Shown piece after piece: positions 1 to 9,928 of a stretch of 64,000 nt of DNA. The number at the start of each line of letters is the position of its first letter. The first letter of the stretch is position 1. A program made the translations under genes and the position numbers. Source of the DNA: Clostridia bacterium (GTDB lineage: Bacteria; Bacillota; Clostridia; Christensenellales; UBA1242); the NCBI GenBank assembly GCA_045650505.1, contig JAZRRE010000002.1, positions 5,983 through 69,982 on the forward strand, written 5' to 3'. Below the pieces are notes generated by a model. It was not told the origin of the DNA and ran no database searches. It saw nothing but the letters and a program-made list of their open reading frames with translations.

Positions 1-308
1 CAGAAGCAGAAGGCAAACTTATTTTAGAAAAGTGCTCTGGTGTAATTGTGTCGCTTGATTCAAGAGGAAAAATGCTTGAAAGTCCTGAAATTGCAGAATT
101 TATAAAGTCTAATCAAGTTTCAGGGGTGAGTGAAATTTCTTTTGTTATTGGTGGCTCAAATGGGCTTTCAAATGATGTGATTAAGTCTTCAAAACTTGTT
201 TTGTCTTTTGGTAAAATCACATATCCACATCAATTATTCCGTGTGGTGCTTGCAGAGCAAATTTATCGTGCTTTTGCAATAATTGCAGGGCTTCCATATC
301 ATAAATAA
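1..308 (+). CDS. rlmH: 23S rRNA (pseudouridine1915-N3)-methyltransferase RlmH, 5'-truncated at window edge
   Basis: Frame is open from nt 3 (EAEGKLILEKCSGVIVSLDSRGK...). The C-terminal FVIGGSNGL...SFGKITYPHQLFRVVLAEQIYRAF is typical of SPOUT RlmH. Confidence 0.85.
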   Translation, partial: EAEGKLILEKCSGVIVSLDSRGKMLESPEIAEFIKSNQVSGVSEISFVIGGSNGLSNDVIKSSKLVLSFGKITYPHQLFRVVLAEQIYRAFAIIAGLPYHK

Positions 309-318
309 AGGAGAGTTT

Positions 319-2409
319 ATGCAGTATAAATTCAAACTCTTAAAAATTCATTGTGCTGGTTGTGCATTGGCATTAGAACAAAAATTAAACGAAATAGTTG
401 GTGTGACTGCTGAAATTAGTTTTGTAACAAAAGTTTTAAAGCTTGAAATAGAAAGAGAAAATCAAGCAGAAGTGCTAACTGAAGTTAAAATGGCAATCAA
501 TGATTTTGACCATTCAATTGAAATTGCAGACTATGTTAGCGATGAAGATATTGCTAAAAAAGAAAAAAGAGAACGAAAATTTAATATAATCAAACTTTCA
601 GTTGCCACAGTTGTTTTAATTTTAAATTTGTTTATTCCTGTGTTTTGGCTCAAAGTCTTAATTTTTGCACTTGATTATGTGCTTGTGTCTTACAAAGTGT
701 TAATAAAGGCAGGCAAAAATATATTAAAAGGCAAAGTTTTTGATGAAAACTTTTTAATGGCAGTGGCTTCACTTGGGGCATTTGTTATTCAAGAGTTCAT
801 TGAAGCAATTGCGGTTATGCTCCTTTTTGGAATTGGTGAAATTTTAGAAGAACTTGCCGTTTCAAAATCTAGAAAAACAATAAAATCACTTCTTGAAATA
901 AAGCAGCCTTATGCAAACCTTGTTCAGGGTGAAGAAGAACAAAAAGTTACACTTGCAGAGGTTTCTGTTGGTGATTTGATAAGAGTTAAACCAGGTGAAA
1001 GAATTCCTCTAGATGGTATTATTTTAGATGGAACTTCAAATCTTAATATGTCAGCATTGACAGGTGAAACAAAAGAGAGAATTGTTCAAGTGAATGATGA
1101 GGTTTTGTCTGGTTCAATCAATGGTTCTGGAGTGCTTCTTATTGAAGTTACTAAACTTGAAAAAGATAGCACTGTTTCAAAAATTGTTGATATGGTTGAA
1201 AAAGCAACCGAAACAAAAGCGAAATCTGAAAAATTTATTTCAAAGTTTTCAAGGTGGTACACTCCAACGGTTATGGTGCTGGCATTAGTGATTATGTTTA
1301 TTCCACCAATATTTAGTGGATATAGAGACTTTGTGACTTATGCTTACAGGGCTTTGAGTTTCTTGGTTGTGTCTTGCCCTTGTGCACTTGTTATTTCAGT
1401 TCCACTCACTTATTTTGCAGGCATTGGTTCATTTGCAAGAATTGGTGTTCTTATTAAAGGTGCAAACTATATTGAAGCGCTTGCAAAAGCAAATGCTGTT
1501 ATTTTCGATAAAACAGGAACACTTACAAATGGTGATTTTGAAGTAACTGAAATTGTGGCACTCAATGGTCACAGTGAAGATGAGGTTTTAGAAACCATTG
1601 CTTACGCTGAATCTTTTTCAAATCACAGAATTGCAAATTCAGTTGTGAGATATTATAAAGAAAAAATAAAGAAAGATATAAACACTGCGTGGATAAGTGA
1701 TTATACTGAAATTGCAGGCAAGGGTGTTAGTGCAAGCATATTTATGCAAGAAGTTCTTGTTGGAAATGCTAGGCTTTTGAAAGAAAAAGAAATTCCATTT
1801 TTTGAAATAAGCCGAACCGGCACAGTTATTTATGTTGCAATAGCAGGTGAGTGTGCGGGATATGTTGTTTTAGAAGACACACTCAAGAAAGATTCTGTTA
1901 AAGCAATAAGAGATTTATATTCACTTGGAATAAGAGATGTTTCGGTAAGCACAGGAGATGAAGAAAATGTTGCAAAAGAGATTTGCAACAAACTTGCAAT
2001 AAAAAATTGTTATTCAGGCTTGCTTCCTGAAGATAAAGTGCTTATAATAGCAGATAAGGTGCAAGAAGGAAAAACAGTTGCGTTTGTTGGTGATGGAATT
2101 AATGATGCTCCATCGATTGCAAATGCCAATGTTGGAATTGCTATGGGTGGTCTTGGAAGTGATATTGCTGTTGAAACAGCCGATGTTGTTTTGATGACCG
2201 ATGAACCAAGCAAGGTTGCTTCTGCAATAAAAAAAGCAAAGAAAACACACAAAATTGTGCTTCAAAACATTATTGGCACAATAGCAATAAAAGTTGCAGT
2301 TTTGGCGCTTATTGGTTTTGGCTTTTCAGGAATGTGGCTTGCGGTGTTTGCTGATGTTGGCGTTAATCTTATTGCTGTGTTTAACAGTTTAAGAGCAATG
2401 CTTAAATAG
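319..2409 (+). CDS. Heavy-metal translocating P-type ATPase (P1B, Cd/Zn/Co-like)
   Basis: N-terminal HMA domain with CAGC. TM motif SCPCALVIS, DKTGTLT phosphorylation site, GDGINDAP hinge. ATG at 319 follows the AAGGAGAG RBS; the upstream in-frame ATG at 283 overlaps rlmH. Confidence 0.9.
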   Translation: MQYKFKLLKIHCAGCALALEQKLNEIVGVTAEISFVTKVLKLEIERENQAEVLTEVKMAINDFDHSIEIADYVSDEDIAKKEKRERKFNIIKLSVATVVLILNLFIPVFWLKVLIFALDYVLVSYKVLIKAGKNILKGKVFDENFLMAVASLGAFVIQEFIEAIAVMLLFGIGEILEELAVSKSRKTIKSLLEIKQPYANLVQGEEEQKVTLAEVSVGDLIRVKPGERIPLDGIILDGTSNLNMSALTGETKERIVQVNDEVLSGSINGSGVLLIEVTKLEKDSTVSKIVDMVEKATETKAKSEKFISKFSRWYTPTVMVLALVIMFIPPIFSGYRDFVTYAYRALSFLVVSCPCALVISVPLTYFAGIGSFARIGVLIKGANYIEALAKANAVIFDKTGTLTNGDFEVTEIVALNGHSEDEVLETIAYAESFSNHRIANSVVRYYKEKIKKDINTAWISDYTEIAGKGVSASIFMQEVLVGNARLLKEKEIPFFEISRTGTVIYVAIAGECAGYVVLEDTLKKDSVKAIRDLYSLGIRDVSVSTGDEENVAKEICNKLAIKNCYSGLLPEDKVLIIADKVQEGKTVAFVGDGINDAPSIANANVGIAMGGLGSDIAVETADVVLMTDEPSKVASAIKKAKKTHKIVLQNIIGTIAIKVAVLALIGFGFSGMWLAVFADVGVNLIAVFNSLRAMLK

Positions 2410-2461
2410 GTGTTATGTTACGCATAACAGCCATAATATAAGAAGTTATAAGGAGAAACTT

Positions 2462-4240
2462 ATGAATATTAAGAAGATTTTATATAAGGCACTTGAAGAT
2501 AGTTTTTTGCATTCAAACTATAGTTTTGATGATTTAACACTCACTTTTTCAAATAGACCTGAAGAAGCAGATTTTCAATGCAACTCTGCTTTTGCAATAG
2601 CAAAAAAAGTTCATGCTAACCCTGAAGTTGTTGCAAATGCGATTATTGCAAACTTAAATCAAGATGTTGCAGATGTCTCTTTTGCAAAGCCAGGTTTTAT
2701 CAACTTTAAAATTAAAGATGAAGTTTTATCTCAAATTTTAAATGAAGCACTTTCAAGTGATAGACTTTGTCTTGAAGAACTTGAAGAAAAAGAAACCGTT
2801 GTTATGGACTATGGTGGTGCAAATGTTGCAAAAGAACTTCATGTTGGACACCTTCGTTCACCGGTTATTGGTGAAAGTTTGGCAAGACTTCACAAAATTC
2901 TTGGAAATAAAGTTATAACAGACACACACCTTGGCGATTGGGGTCTTCAAATGGGGCTTACCATTGCAGGTCTTGAAGATGATGGTTATATTGATGGCTA
3001 TTTCGATTCATCAAAAAAGAACAAAGAAATCACTCTCGACACTTTAAATGAAGTGTATCCAAAAGCTTCAAAGAGAAAAAATGACGATGAAGAGTTTAGA
3101 ATAAAGGCTGAAACATACACAAAGTTTATTCAAGATAAAAAAGAACCATATTGGTCAATTTATTTAAATATTCGTGAAATTTCAGTGAATAGAATCAAAG
3201 CAAACTATGAAAAACTTGGTTGCTATTTTGATTTGTGGTATGGCGAAAGCAATGCTGCACCTTATGTTGAAGGCGTTGTTAAAACCTTTATTGATAAAGG
3301 CTTAACAAGAGAACACGATGGCGCTATTGTTGTTGATGTTGCTAGAGAGGGTGAAAATATTCCAATCGAAAAGAAAAATCCTGATGACCCTCAACTTTAC
3401 AAAAACCCAATGCCACCTGTTTATCTTAAAAAGAGAAATGGCGCAGATGTTTATGACACAACAGATATTGCAACCATTGAGCAAAGAAATCAAGACTATA
3501 ATCCAGACAAAATGGTTTATGTTGTTGACAAGCGTCAGGCTGCCCACTTTGAGCGTTGCTTTAGGGCTGTTAAAATGGCAGGAATTTCTCCAGCAGACCA
3601 AAAACTTGAATTTTTAGGTTTTGGAACAGTTAATGGCAAAGATGGAAAAGCATTTAAAACCCGTTCAGGTGACACAATTAAACTTGAAGATATCATCAAC
3701 TTAATTTCAAACGGTGCAAGAGTAAAACTTGCTGAAAATGGAATTGTTGACAATGATGAACTTGCACTTCAAATCGGTGTTGCAGCAATGAAATTTGGTG
3801 ACCTTTCAAACGCACCAAGCAAAGATTATATTTTTGATATTGATAAATTTACTTCATTTGAAGGAAAGACCGGTCCTTACATTCAATACACAGGTGCAAG
3901 AATTCACTCACTTTTAAGAAAGGCAGGTTTAGAAGATAACTTTGATTCTCTTTTAAATTCAATTGATATTGCTGATGAAAACCAAAGAAAGATTGCCATC
4001 AACTTCATAAAACTTCAAGAAAGTTATTTCACATCATATAAAGAAAGTTCATTAAGTTCACTTTGCACAGCACTTTTTGATTTCGCTTCAAGTTTCTCAA
4101 AATTCTATAATGACACAAGAATTTTAACAGAAAAAGATGAAAAGAAGAAAGATTCTTATCTTGCACTTTGCTTGCTTATTTTGAAAGCATTAAAACAAGC
4201 AACAGGTGTTCTAGCATTTGAAATTCCTGAAAAGATGTAG
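2462..4240 (+). CDS. argS: Arginine--tRNA ligase
   Basis: 592 aa with the class I HIGH-type motif HVGHLRS and ArgRS-like N- and C-terminal domains. RBS AAGGAG. Confidence 0.92.
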   Translation: MNIKKILYKALEDSFLHSNYSFDDLTLTFSNRPEEADFQCNSAFAIAKKVHANPEVVANAIIANLNQDVADVSFAKPGFINFKIKDEVLSQILNEALSSDRLCLEELEEKETVVMDYGGANVAKELHVGHLRSPVIGESLARLHKILGNKVITDTHLGDWGLQMGLTIAGLEDDGYIDGYFDSSKKNKEITLDTLNEVYPKASKRKNDDEEFRIKAETYTKFIQDKKEPYWSIYLNIREISVNRIKANYEKLGCYFDLWYGESNAAPYVEGVVKTFIDKGLTREHDGAIVVDVAREGENIPIEKKNPDDPQLYKNPMPPVYLKKRNGADVYDTTDIATIEQRNQDYNPDKMVYVVDKRQAAHFERCFRAVKMAGISPADQKLEFLGFGTVNGKDGKAFKTRSGDTIKLEDIINLISNGARVKLAENGIVDNDELALQIGVAAMKFGDLSNAPSKDYIFDIDKFTSFEGKTGPYIQYTGARIHSLLRKAGLEDNFDSLLNSIDIADENQRKIAINFIKLQESYFTSYKESSLSSLCTALFDFASSFSKFYNDTRILTEKDEKKKDSYLALCLLILKALKQATGVLAFEIPEKM

Positions 4241-4249
4241 GGAAAGTTT

Positions 4250-4846
4250 ATGGAAAAGAGAAAAATACTTTTACAATCATGCTGCGCACCTTGTTCAACT
4301 GCTGTGATTGAAAGACTTGCTGAAGAGTTTGACATCACAATTTTATATTATAATCCAAACATTTATCCTGAAGAAGAATATATTAAACGCAAAAATGAAG
4401 AACTTAAATATATAGATATTTATAACTCTAGAAATGAAGATAAAATTAAATTTTTAGACTGTGATTATGAAAGTGAAGTTTTTTATGCAAAAACCAAAGG
4501 CTTTGAAGAAGAAAGAGAGGGTGGGGCAAGATGTGCAATCTGCTTTAGACTTCGCCTTGAAAAAACTGCAAGACTTGCAAGAAGTAATGGTTTTGACATT
4601 TTTGGAACAACACTTACTGTTAGCCCACATAAAAATGCTGAAATCATAAATGCAATCGGCAAAGAACTTCAAAGGGAATTTGATATCGATTATTTAGAAT
4701 CAAACTTTAAAAAACAAAATGGATATAAAAGAAGTGTTGAACTTGCAAAAGAAAATGATTTATATCGTCAAAACTATTGTGGCTGTGAGTTTGCACTTCG
4801 TGTGCAAGAAAAAGAAGCACCAGAAAGTTTAAATAAAAAATACTAA
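4250..4846 (+). CDS. queH: Epoxyqueuosine reductase QueH (DUF208)
   Basis: N-terminal LLQSCCAPCS plus C-terminal CGC cysteines, characteristic of QueH; ~200 aa. Confidence 0.8.
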   Translation: MEKRKILLQSCCAPCSTAVIERLAEEFDITILYYNPNIYPEEEYIKRKNEELKYIDIYNSRNEDKIKFLDCDYESEVFYAKTKGFEEEREGGARCAICFRLRLEKTARLARSNGFDIFGTTLTVSPHKNAEIINAIGKELQREFDIDYLESNFKKQNGYKRSVELAKENDLYRQNYCGCEFALRVQEKEAPESLNKKY

Positions 4847-4850
4847 ATAA

Positions 4851-4880
4851 AAACACACAGCAAAATGCTATGTGTTTTTT
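4851..4880. terminator. Bidirectional intrinsic terminator between convergent queH and cmk
   Basis: Hairpin cacacagc/gctatgtg (one mismatch) flanked by an A-run and a T-run. Confidence 0.6.
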
Positions 4881-4896
4881 GTTTTTGATAGAAAAA

Positions 4897-5604
4897 TTAA
4901 TAAAGTTCAATTCCTCTTTCTTGAATGAATTCACGAGAGATAAGACCACGCCTGTGCATTTCACCAAGCATTAGGGCAACGCATTCTTCAACATTGTTTA
5001 ATGTTGTGTCTAAAAGATATGCGTTTTCACACATAATAAGTGGTGAAATTTCTCTGTGAGTATCACGATAATCTCTATCTTTAAGGTCATCAATAACTTT
5101 TTGAAGGGAAGTTTTATCACCAAGTTTTTCATAGTCACCAAGGCGGCGTTTTGCTCTTGTTTCAACCTTGCAGTCAACATAAACTTTAAAGTCTGCTTCT
5201 GGGAAGATTACCGAACCGATATCTCTGCCTTCCATAACAATGTTTTCGTTGTGGTTTGCTGTGTCTTGTTGAAGCATTCTCACAAATTCACGAATATAAG
5301 GCTTGCATGAAAGTTTTGAAACGAAGTTGCTAACTTCTTCAGTGTGAAGTTTGTCAGAAATATTCATTCCGTCAAGAAGCATAACATTTTTTGTTCCATC
5401 ATAAGTGTAAACAATGTTTGTGTTTTCAATCATATATTGAAGTTTATCATCTTCGTCTTCTTTAATTTTTAAGTTAAGTGCTTTAACGGTGATGGCTCTA
5501 TAAAGTTCACCGGCACTGAAAAATCCAAAATTTAATTTTTTTGCTAAAAATTTAGCGATTGTTGATTTACCAGAACCAGAAGTTCCGTCTATTGCAATAA
5601 TCAT
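4897..5604 (-). CDS. cmk: (d)CMP kinase
   Basis: IIAIDGTSGSGKSTIAK P-loop and cytidylate kinase length and layout. RBS AGGAG. Confidence 0.88.
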   Translation of the reverse strand: MIIAIDGTSGSGKSTIAKFLAKKLNFGFFSAGELYRAITVKALNLKIKEDEDDKLQYMIENTNIVYTYDGTKNVMLLDGMNISDKLHTEEVSNFVSKLSCKPYIREFVRMLQQDTANHNENIVMEGRDIGSVIFPEADFKVYVDCKVETRAKRRLGDYEKLGDKTSLQKVIDDLKDRDYRDTHREISPLIMCENAYLLDTTLNNVEECVALMLGEMHRRGLISREFIQERGIELY

Positions 5605-5687
5605 AATAACTCCTTTTTTATACTATATATATCATATAATAAAAGTTATCAATGTTCAAAATGAAAAACTAATTATTTGGAATTTTT

Positions 5688-6308
5688 GTGAAATTAGTAT
5701 ATGATTTTAGTATGAGGGGAACAAGAAGGGAAAATAAAGTTGTTAAGTTTATTCGAATAACACTTATAATTGTGTTGTTTCCTTTTGTTGTGGCGTTTTT
5801 GATAAAAAATTATTTAAAACACAGAAAAACAAAGAAAGTTAACGCTGAAAAAATTAAAATTTATGACATTTCACAAATCAATTCAATGACAGGCACAGAG
5901 TTTGAAAATTATTTAAAATTGCTTTTTGAAAAAATGGGTTATAATGTTTCGCTCACAAAAAAATCAAAAGATTTTGGTGTTGATTTAATTTTAGAAAAAA
6001 ATGGCAAAAAGACAATTATGCAAGCAAAGTGTTATTCAAACACGGTTGGGGTTTCAGCTGTGCAAGAAATAATTTCAGCAAGAAATCATTACAACATTTT
6101 TGATGCGATTGTTATGACAAACAAAACCTTTTCAAAAGAAGCGCAAATTTTGGCAGAAGAAAGCAAGGTTATGCTTGCAGGACAAGAAGAACTTGAAAGT
6201 TTGGTTTCAAAGTATCCCGTTTATTTTGAAAGAGAAGTTCAAAAGTGTGTTGCAACCAAAATTGAAGCAATAAAAGAAATAGAAACGAAGTATCCTTATT
6301 GGATTTAA
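5688..6308 (+). CDS. Membrane-anchored restriction-endonuclease-like (Mrr_cat, PD-(D/E)xK) protein
   Basis: One N-terminal TM helix (ITLIIVLFPFVVAFLI). Then GTEFENYL...DFGVDLILE...IMQAKCY...VGVSAVQEI, typical of the Mrr catalytic domain. Start is uncertain (GTG 5688 or ATG 5712). Confidence 0.7.
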   Translation: MKLVYDFSMRGTRRENKVVKFIRITLIIVLFPFVVAFLIKNYLKHRKTKKVNAEKIKIYDISQINSMTGTEFENYLKLLFEKMGYNVSLTKKSKDFGVDLILEKNGKKTIMQAKCYSNTVGVSAVQEIISARNHYNIFDAIVMTNKTFSKEAQILAEESKVMLAGQEELESLVSKYPVYFEREVQKCVATKIEAIKEIETKYPYWI

Positions 6309-6387
6309 ATTTTTTGTCTAACTTTATAAATTATGATTAAATTTAAAGGCTCAAGCATAAACTAGTTTTGAGGTAAAATGCTTAAAT

Positions 6388-7116
6388 ATGTTTGAACTTA
6401 CAATTAGCACGGCACTTGCTGACAGCGAATATATTTCTAACTTTTATAACAAATTTAAAGGTGAAATAAAAAGAAATTCTTGCCTTATTGAAAAGATAAA
6501 TTATTTTAATCGAAGTTATGTAACTTTTGCGATAAAAAAAGAACTTAAGGATTATTTTATTGCAAAAATTTTGGATGAGATTGTTTATATTATTATAGAT
6601 AGATATAAAACCAAATTTTTTGAAGAACGATTAAATGCAGAAAATCAAAATGTATTATTTCAGTCTTTTTTGAAATCAATATCGATTTTTGATGGTGATA
6701 TTGACAAAGAATGTATTGTTAAAAATATCGAATTTTCAGGGCAAATACTTATTGATAGTTTATATCATTTCAGGTTGCAAGAACTAAAGAGCAGATGGCA
6801 AAAAACTATTGATATGATTCTACTCAATGGAATACATAAGCAAAATTCATCAATGATTGACATTATGAAATATTTAACAACAATGTCTGAAAACACAGTT
6901 CAAAATGCAGAAGTTGAAATTATTGATAAAAATTTAAAAATTAAGTTTTTTGAAAAGATAAAAAATTATAAAAATGATTTTTCAGGGCTTTCAAATTTTT
7001 TGACTGAAATGATTGAGTTAAACCCTGCAAGAATCATTATAAAAAACAGTGATGAGTCTGGGGAAGAAGTTGTTTCAATGCTTTGCAAAATTTTTCATAA
7101 TAAAATAATTTTTTAG
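6388..7116 (+). CDS. ytxC: YtxC-like sporulation protein (putative)
   Basis: 242-aa soluble protein immediately upstream of the thrS T-box, as ytxC is in Bacillus. The call rests mainly on synteny and general family resemblance. Confidence 0.5.
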   Translation: MFELTISTALADSEYISNFYNKFKGEIKRNSCLIEKINYFNRSYVTFAIKKELKDYFIAKILDEIVYIIIDRYKTKFFEERLNAENQNVLFQSFLKSISIFDGDIDKECIVKNIEFSGQILIDSLYHFRLQELKSRWQKTIDMILLNGIHKQNSSMIDIMKYLTTMSENTVQNAEVEIIDKNLKIKFFEKIKNYKNDFSGLSNFLTEMIELNPARIIIKNSDESGEEVVSMLCKIFHNKIIF

Positions 7117-7128
7117 GTAAATAAAATA

Positions 7129-7156
7129 TTGACAAATATTTTTTTTGGAATATAAT
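7129..7156 (+). promoter_or_regulatory. SigA-type promoter of the thrS leader
   Basis: TTGACA (7129-7134), 16 nt, TATAAT (7151-7156). Confidence 0.65.
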
Positions 7157-7162
7157 AATGTT

Positions 7163-7371
7163 ATACTTGCAGAACAAGTAGGTTGCAAAAACTGATTCAA
7201 GAGAGAAGAAATCATGGGCTGGAAGTTTCTTCATTAAAGATTGCGATTGAAACCACCTGCATTTTAGACATTTTAATAACATTTAACGAGGTTGAATTTT
7301 CAACGAAGTAAGGTGGAACCACGATTATAATATCGTCCTTATGCTAATTTTTTTGGCATAAGGATTTTTTT
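7163..7371 (+). promoter_or_regulatory. T-box riboswitch leader, Thr (ACC) specifier
   Basis: AGAGA motif in stem I. Specifier-loop context GAA-ACC-A at ~7249-7255. T-box sequence AAGGTGGAACCACG at 7310-7323. Terminator tccttatgc/gcataagga (7336-7364) plus T-run. Sits directly upstream of thrS. Confidence 0.85.
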
Positions 7372-7396
7372 ATTCTTATGCTAACAGGAGGAACTT

Positions 7397-9304
7397 ATGA
7401 AAATAACATTAAGAGATGAAATTAAAGAATTTGAAGTGGGCGTGTCAACTCTTGATATTGCAAAGTCAATTTCAGAAGGCTTGGCAAGAATGGCAGTTTG
7501 TGGCAAAATTGGTGATGAACTTGTTGACCTTAATATGCCAATTAAAGAAGACTGCACTCTTGAAATTATCACAAACAAAAGCCCTGAATATCAAGAGGTT
7601 TTAAGACACTCAACTGCCCATGTTTTAGCGCAAGCAGTTAAAACAATTTATCCAACAGCAAAATGTTGGGTTGGACCTGCAACAAAAGATGGCTTTTATT
7701 ATGACTTTGATTTTAAAACTCCAATTACAAACGAAGACCTTTCAATGATTGAAGATGAAATGAAAAGAATCATAAAGGCTAATTTTGATATTGTTAGAAA
7801 AGAAGTAACAAAAGCAGAAGCAATCAAAATTATGAAGGCTGAAAAAGAACCTTATAAAGTTGAACTTATTGAAGGTTTTGAAGATGGTGCAACAATCACA
7901 ACTTACACTCAAGGTGATTACGTTGAAGTTTGTGCAGGCCCTCACATCAAATCAACAGGACTCATTAAAGCATTCAAACTCACAAAAATTTCAGGCGCTT
8001 ACCTTAAAGGTGACAGCAAAAACAAAATGCTTACTCGTATTTATGGTGTTGTGTTTGATAAAAAGAGTGAAATGGATGAATACTTTAGACTTTTAGAAGA
8101 AGCAATGAAGCGTGACCACAGAAAACTTGGCAAAGAACTTGATTTATTCTTCTTTGATGAAACTGCTCCTGGAATGGCTTATTGGATGCCAAAAGGTTTC
8201 ACAATGCTCAATACTCTTATTAATTATTGGAGAGAACTTCACAGAAAGAAAGGTTATCAAGAATTTTCTGGACCACAACTCAACAGTTCTGTTTTATGGA
8301 AAACTTCAGGTCACTGGGACCACTATAAAGAAGATATGTTTGTTTTAACTGATGCTGATGGTGCAGAACAAGCATTGAAACCAATGAACTGTCCTAACTC
8401 TATTAAAATCTTCCAAAGCAAAACAAGAAGTTATAAAGACTTGCCACTTCGTTTCAACGATGTCGATGTTATTCATAGAAACGAAAAGAGTGGTCAACTT
8501 AATGGTTTGTTTAGAGTAAGAATGTTCCGTCAAGATGACTCTCACAACTTTGTGACAAAAGATCAAATTGGTAGCGAAATTAAAGAGATTTTGAAAATTG
8601 CTGGCGAAATTTATAAAGTGTTCAATCTTCCATATATTTTAACTTTATCAACAAGACCAGATGATTTTATGGGTGAAATTGAAACTTGGAATCAAGCTGA
8701 AAAAGAACTCAAAGAAGTTTTAAATGAACTTTGTGGCGAAGGTCAATATAGAATCAATGAAGGTGATGGTGCTTTCTATGGTCCTAAAATTGATATCAAA
8801 ATGCAAGACTGCTTGGGCAGAGAATGGCAAATGGGAACAATTCAAGTTGATTTCCAACTTCCACAAAGATTTGAACTTTCTTATATTGATAAAGATGGTT
8901 CAAAACAAATGCCTATTATGATTCACAGAGCAATTCTTGGTTCATTTGAAAGATTTATCGGCATTATCACAGAGCATTTTGCTGGTGCTTTCCCAACATG
9001 GCTTTCACCAGTTCAGGTTAAAGTTATTTCAGTTTCTGAAAAGAGTGCTGCTTATGCAACAAGCGTTGCTGAAAAGTTTGACGCACAAGGCGTTAGAGTT
9101 GATGTTGATAATTCTGATGAACGTATTGGTTACAAAATTAGACTTGCTCAAATGGAAAAAGTGCCTTATATGATTATTCTTGGTGAAAACGAAGCAAATT
9201 CAGGCAAAGTTTCAATCCGTAAGAGAAACGGTGAAGAAATTAAAGACCTTTCATTTGATGATGCACTTTCAATGATTAAAAAAGATATTGCTGACAGAGT
9301 TTAA
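7397..9304 (+). CDS. thrS: Threonine--tRNA ligase
   Basis: 635 aa with TGS, editing and class II core domains (HRAILGSFERFIG). RBS AGGAGG. Confidence 0.95.
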   Translation: MKITLRDEIKEFEVGVSTLDIAKSISEGLARMAVCGKIGDELVDLNMPIKEDCTLEIITNKSPEYQEVLRHSTAHVLAQAVKTIYPTAKCWVGPATKDGFYYDFDFKTPITNEDLSMIEDEMKRIIKANFDIVRKEVTKAEAIKIMKAEKEPYKVELIEGFEDGATITTYTQGDYVEVCAGPHIKSTGLIKAFKLTKISGAYLKGDSKNKMLTRIYGVVFDKKSEMDEYFRLLEEAMKRDHRKLGKELDLFFFDETAPGMAYWMPKGFTMLNTLINYWRELHRKKGYQEFSGPQLNSSVLWKTSGHWDHYKEDMFVLTDADGAEQALKPMNCPNSIKIFQSKTRSYKDLPLRFNDVDVIHRNEKSGQLNGLFRVRMFRQDDSHNFVTKDQIGSEIKEILKIAGEIYKVFNLPYILTLSTRPDDFMGEIETWNQAEKELKEVLNELCGEGQYRINEGDGAFYGPKIDIKMQDCLGREWQMGTIQVDFQLPQRFELSYIDKDGSKQMPIMIHRAILGSFERFIGIITEHFAGAFPTWLSPVQVKVISVSEKSAAYATSVAEKFDAQGVRVDVDNSDERIGYKIRLAQMEKVPYMIILGENEANSGKVSIRKRNGEEIKDLSFDDALSMIKKDIADRV

Positions 9305-9329
9305 AAATTTGCCTTTTTAGGAGGCGTTT

Positions 9330-9860
9330 ATGGAATATACGATTAGAAAATATAAAAAAGGTGATGGTGAGCAGATTGTTCCACTTAAAAATATTTCTTG
9401 GAGGTCTGCTTATTCACACATTTTTCCAGAAGAAGTTTTTATTGATAATGAAAACAAAGCACCAGAAAAAATCAAAACCTTTGATGATGATTTAAAATCA
9501 AAAGGTGGCGTTTGCTATGTTGCTGAATCTGGTGGCAAAATTATTGGCGTTATGATTTACAACCTAAAGTGTGAAGTTGAATATTTTGCTAAAATGGGTT
9601 ATGCACAACTTGCAGTTTTATATCTTCACCCAGACACTCAAAGGCAAGGAATTGGAAAAGCATTGTTTGATTTGTTTGTGAAAAATTTGAAAGAATTAAA
9701 ACAAGAAAAATTTTGCATTGGTGTTTTAGAAGAAAACTTTAATGGAAGAAAGGCTTATGAAAAATGGGGTGGAAAGTTGACAGGTGTCACAGTTGACTTT
9801 GTTAGGCTTAACAAACCATACACCGAAGTCTTTTATGAATATGACACAAATATGTTATAA
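9330..9860 (+). CDS. GNAT family N-acetyltransferase
   Basis: 176 aa with the acetyl-CoA motif A QRQGIGKALF. Confidence 0.8.
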   Translation: MEYTIRKYKKGDGEQIVPLKNISWRSAYSHIFPEEVFIDNENKAPEKIKTFDDDLKSKGGVCYVAESGGKIIGVMIYNLKCEVEYFAKMGYAQLAVLYLHPDTQRQGIGKALFDLFVKNLKELKQEKFCIGVLEENFNGRKAYEKWGGKLTGVTVDFVRLNKPYTEVFYEYDTNML

Positions 9861-9865
9861 AAAAG

Positions 9866-9890
9866 GCAGTGATTTATTTCACTGCTTTTT
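9866..9890 (+). terminator. Intrinsic terminator after the GNAT gene
   Basis: gcagtga/tcactgc hairpin followed by TTTTT. Confidence 0.7.
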
Positions 9891-9928
9891 AATATTGACA
9901 GATTTTAAAAATTGAATATAATAATAAA

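Noticed and set aside
283-318. N-terminal extension of the P-type ATPase from the ATG at 283
   Set aside because: It would overlap the end of rlmH and has no RBS. ATG 319 follows AAGGAGAG and begins exactly at the HMA domain.
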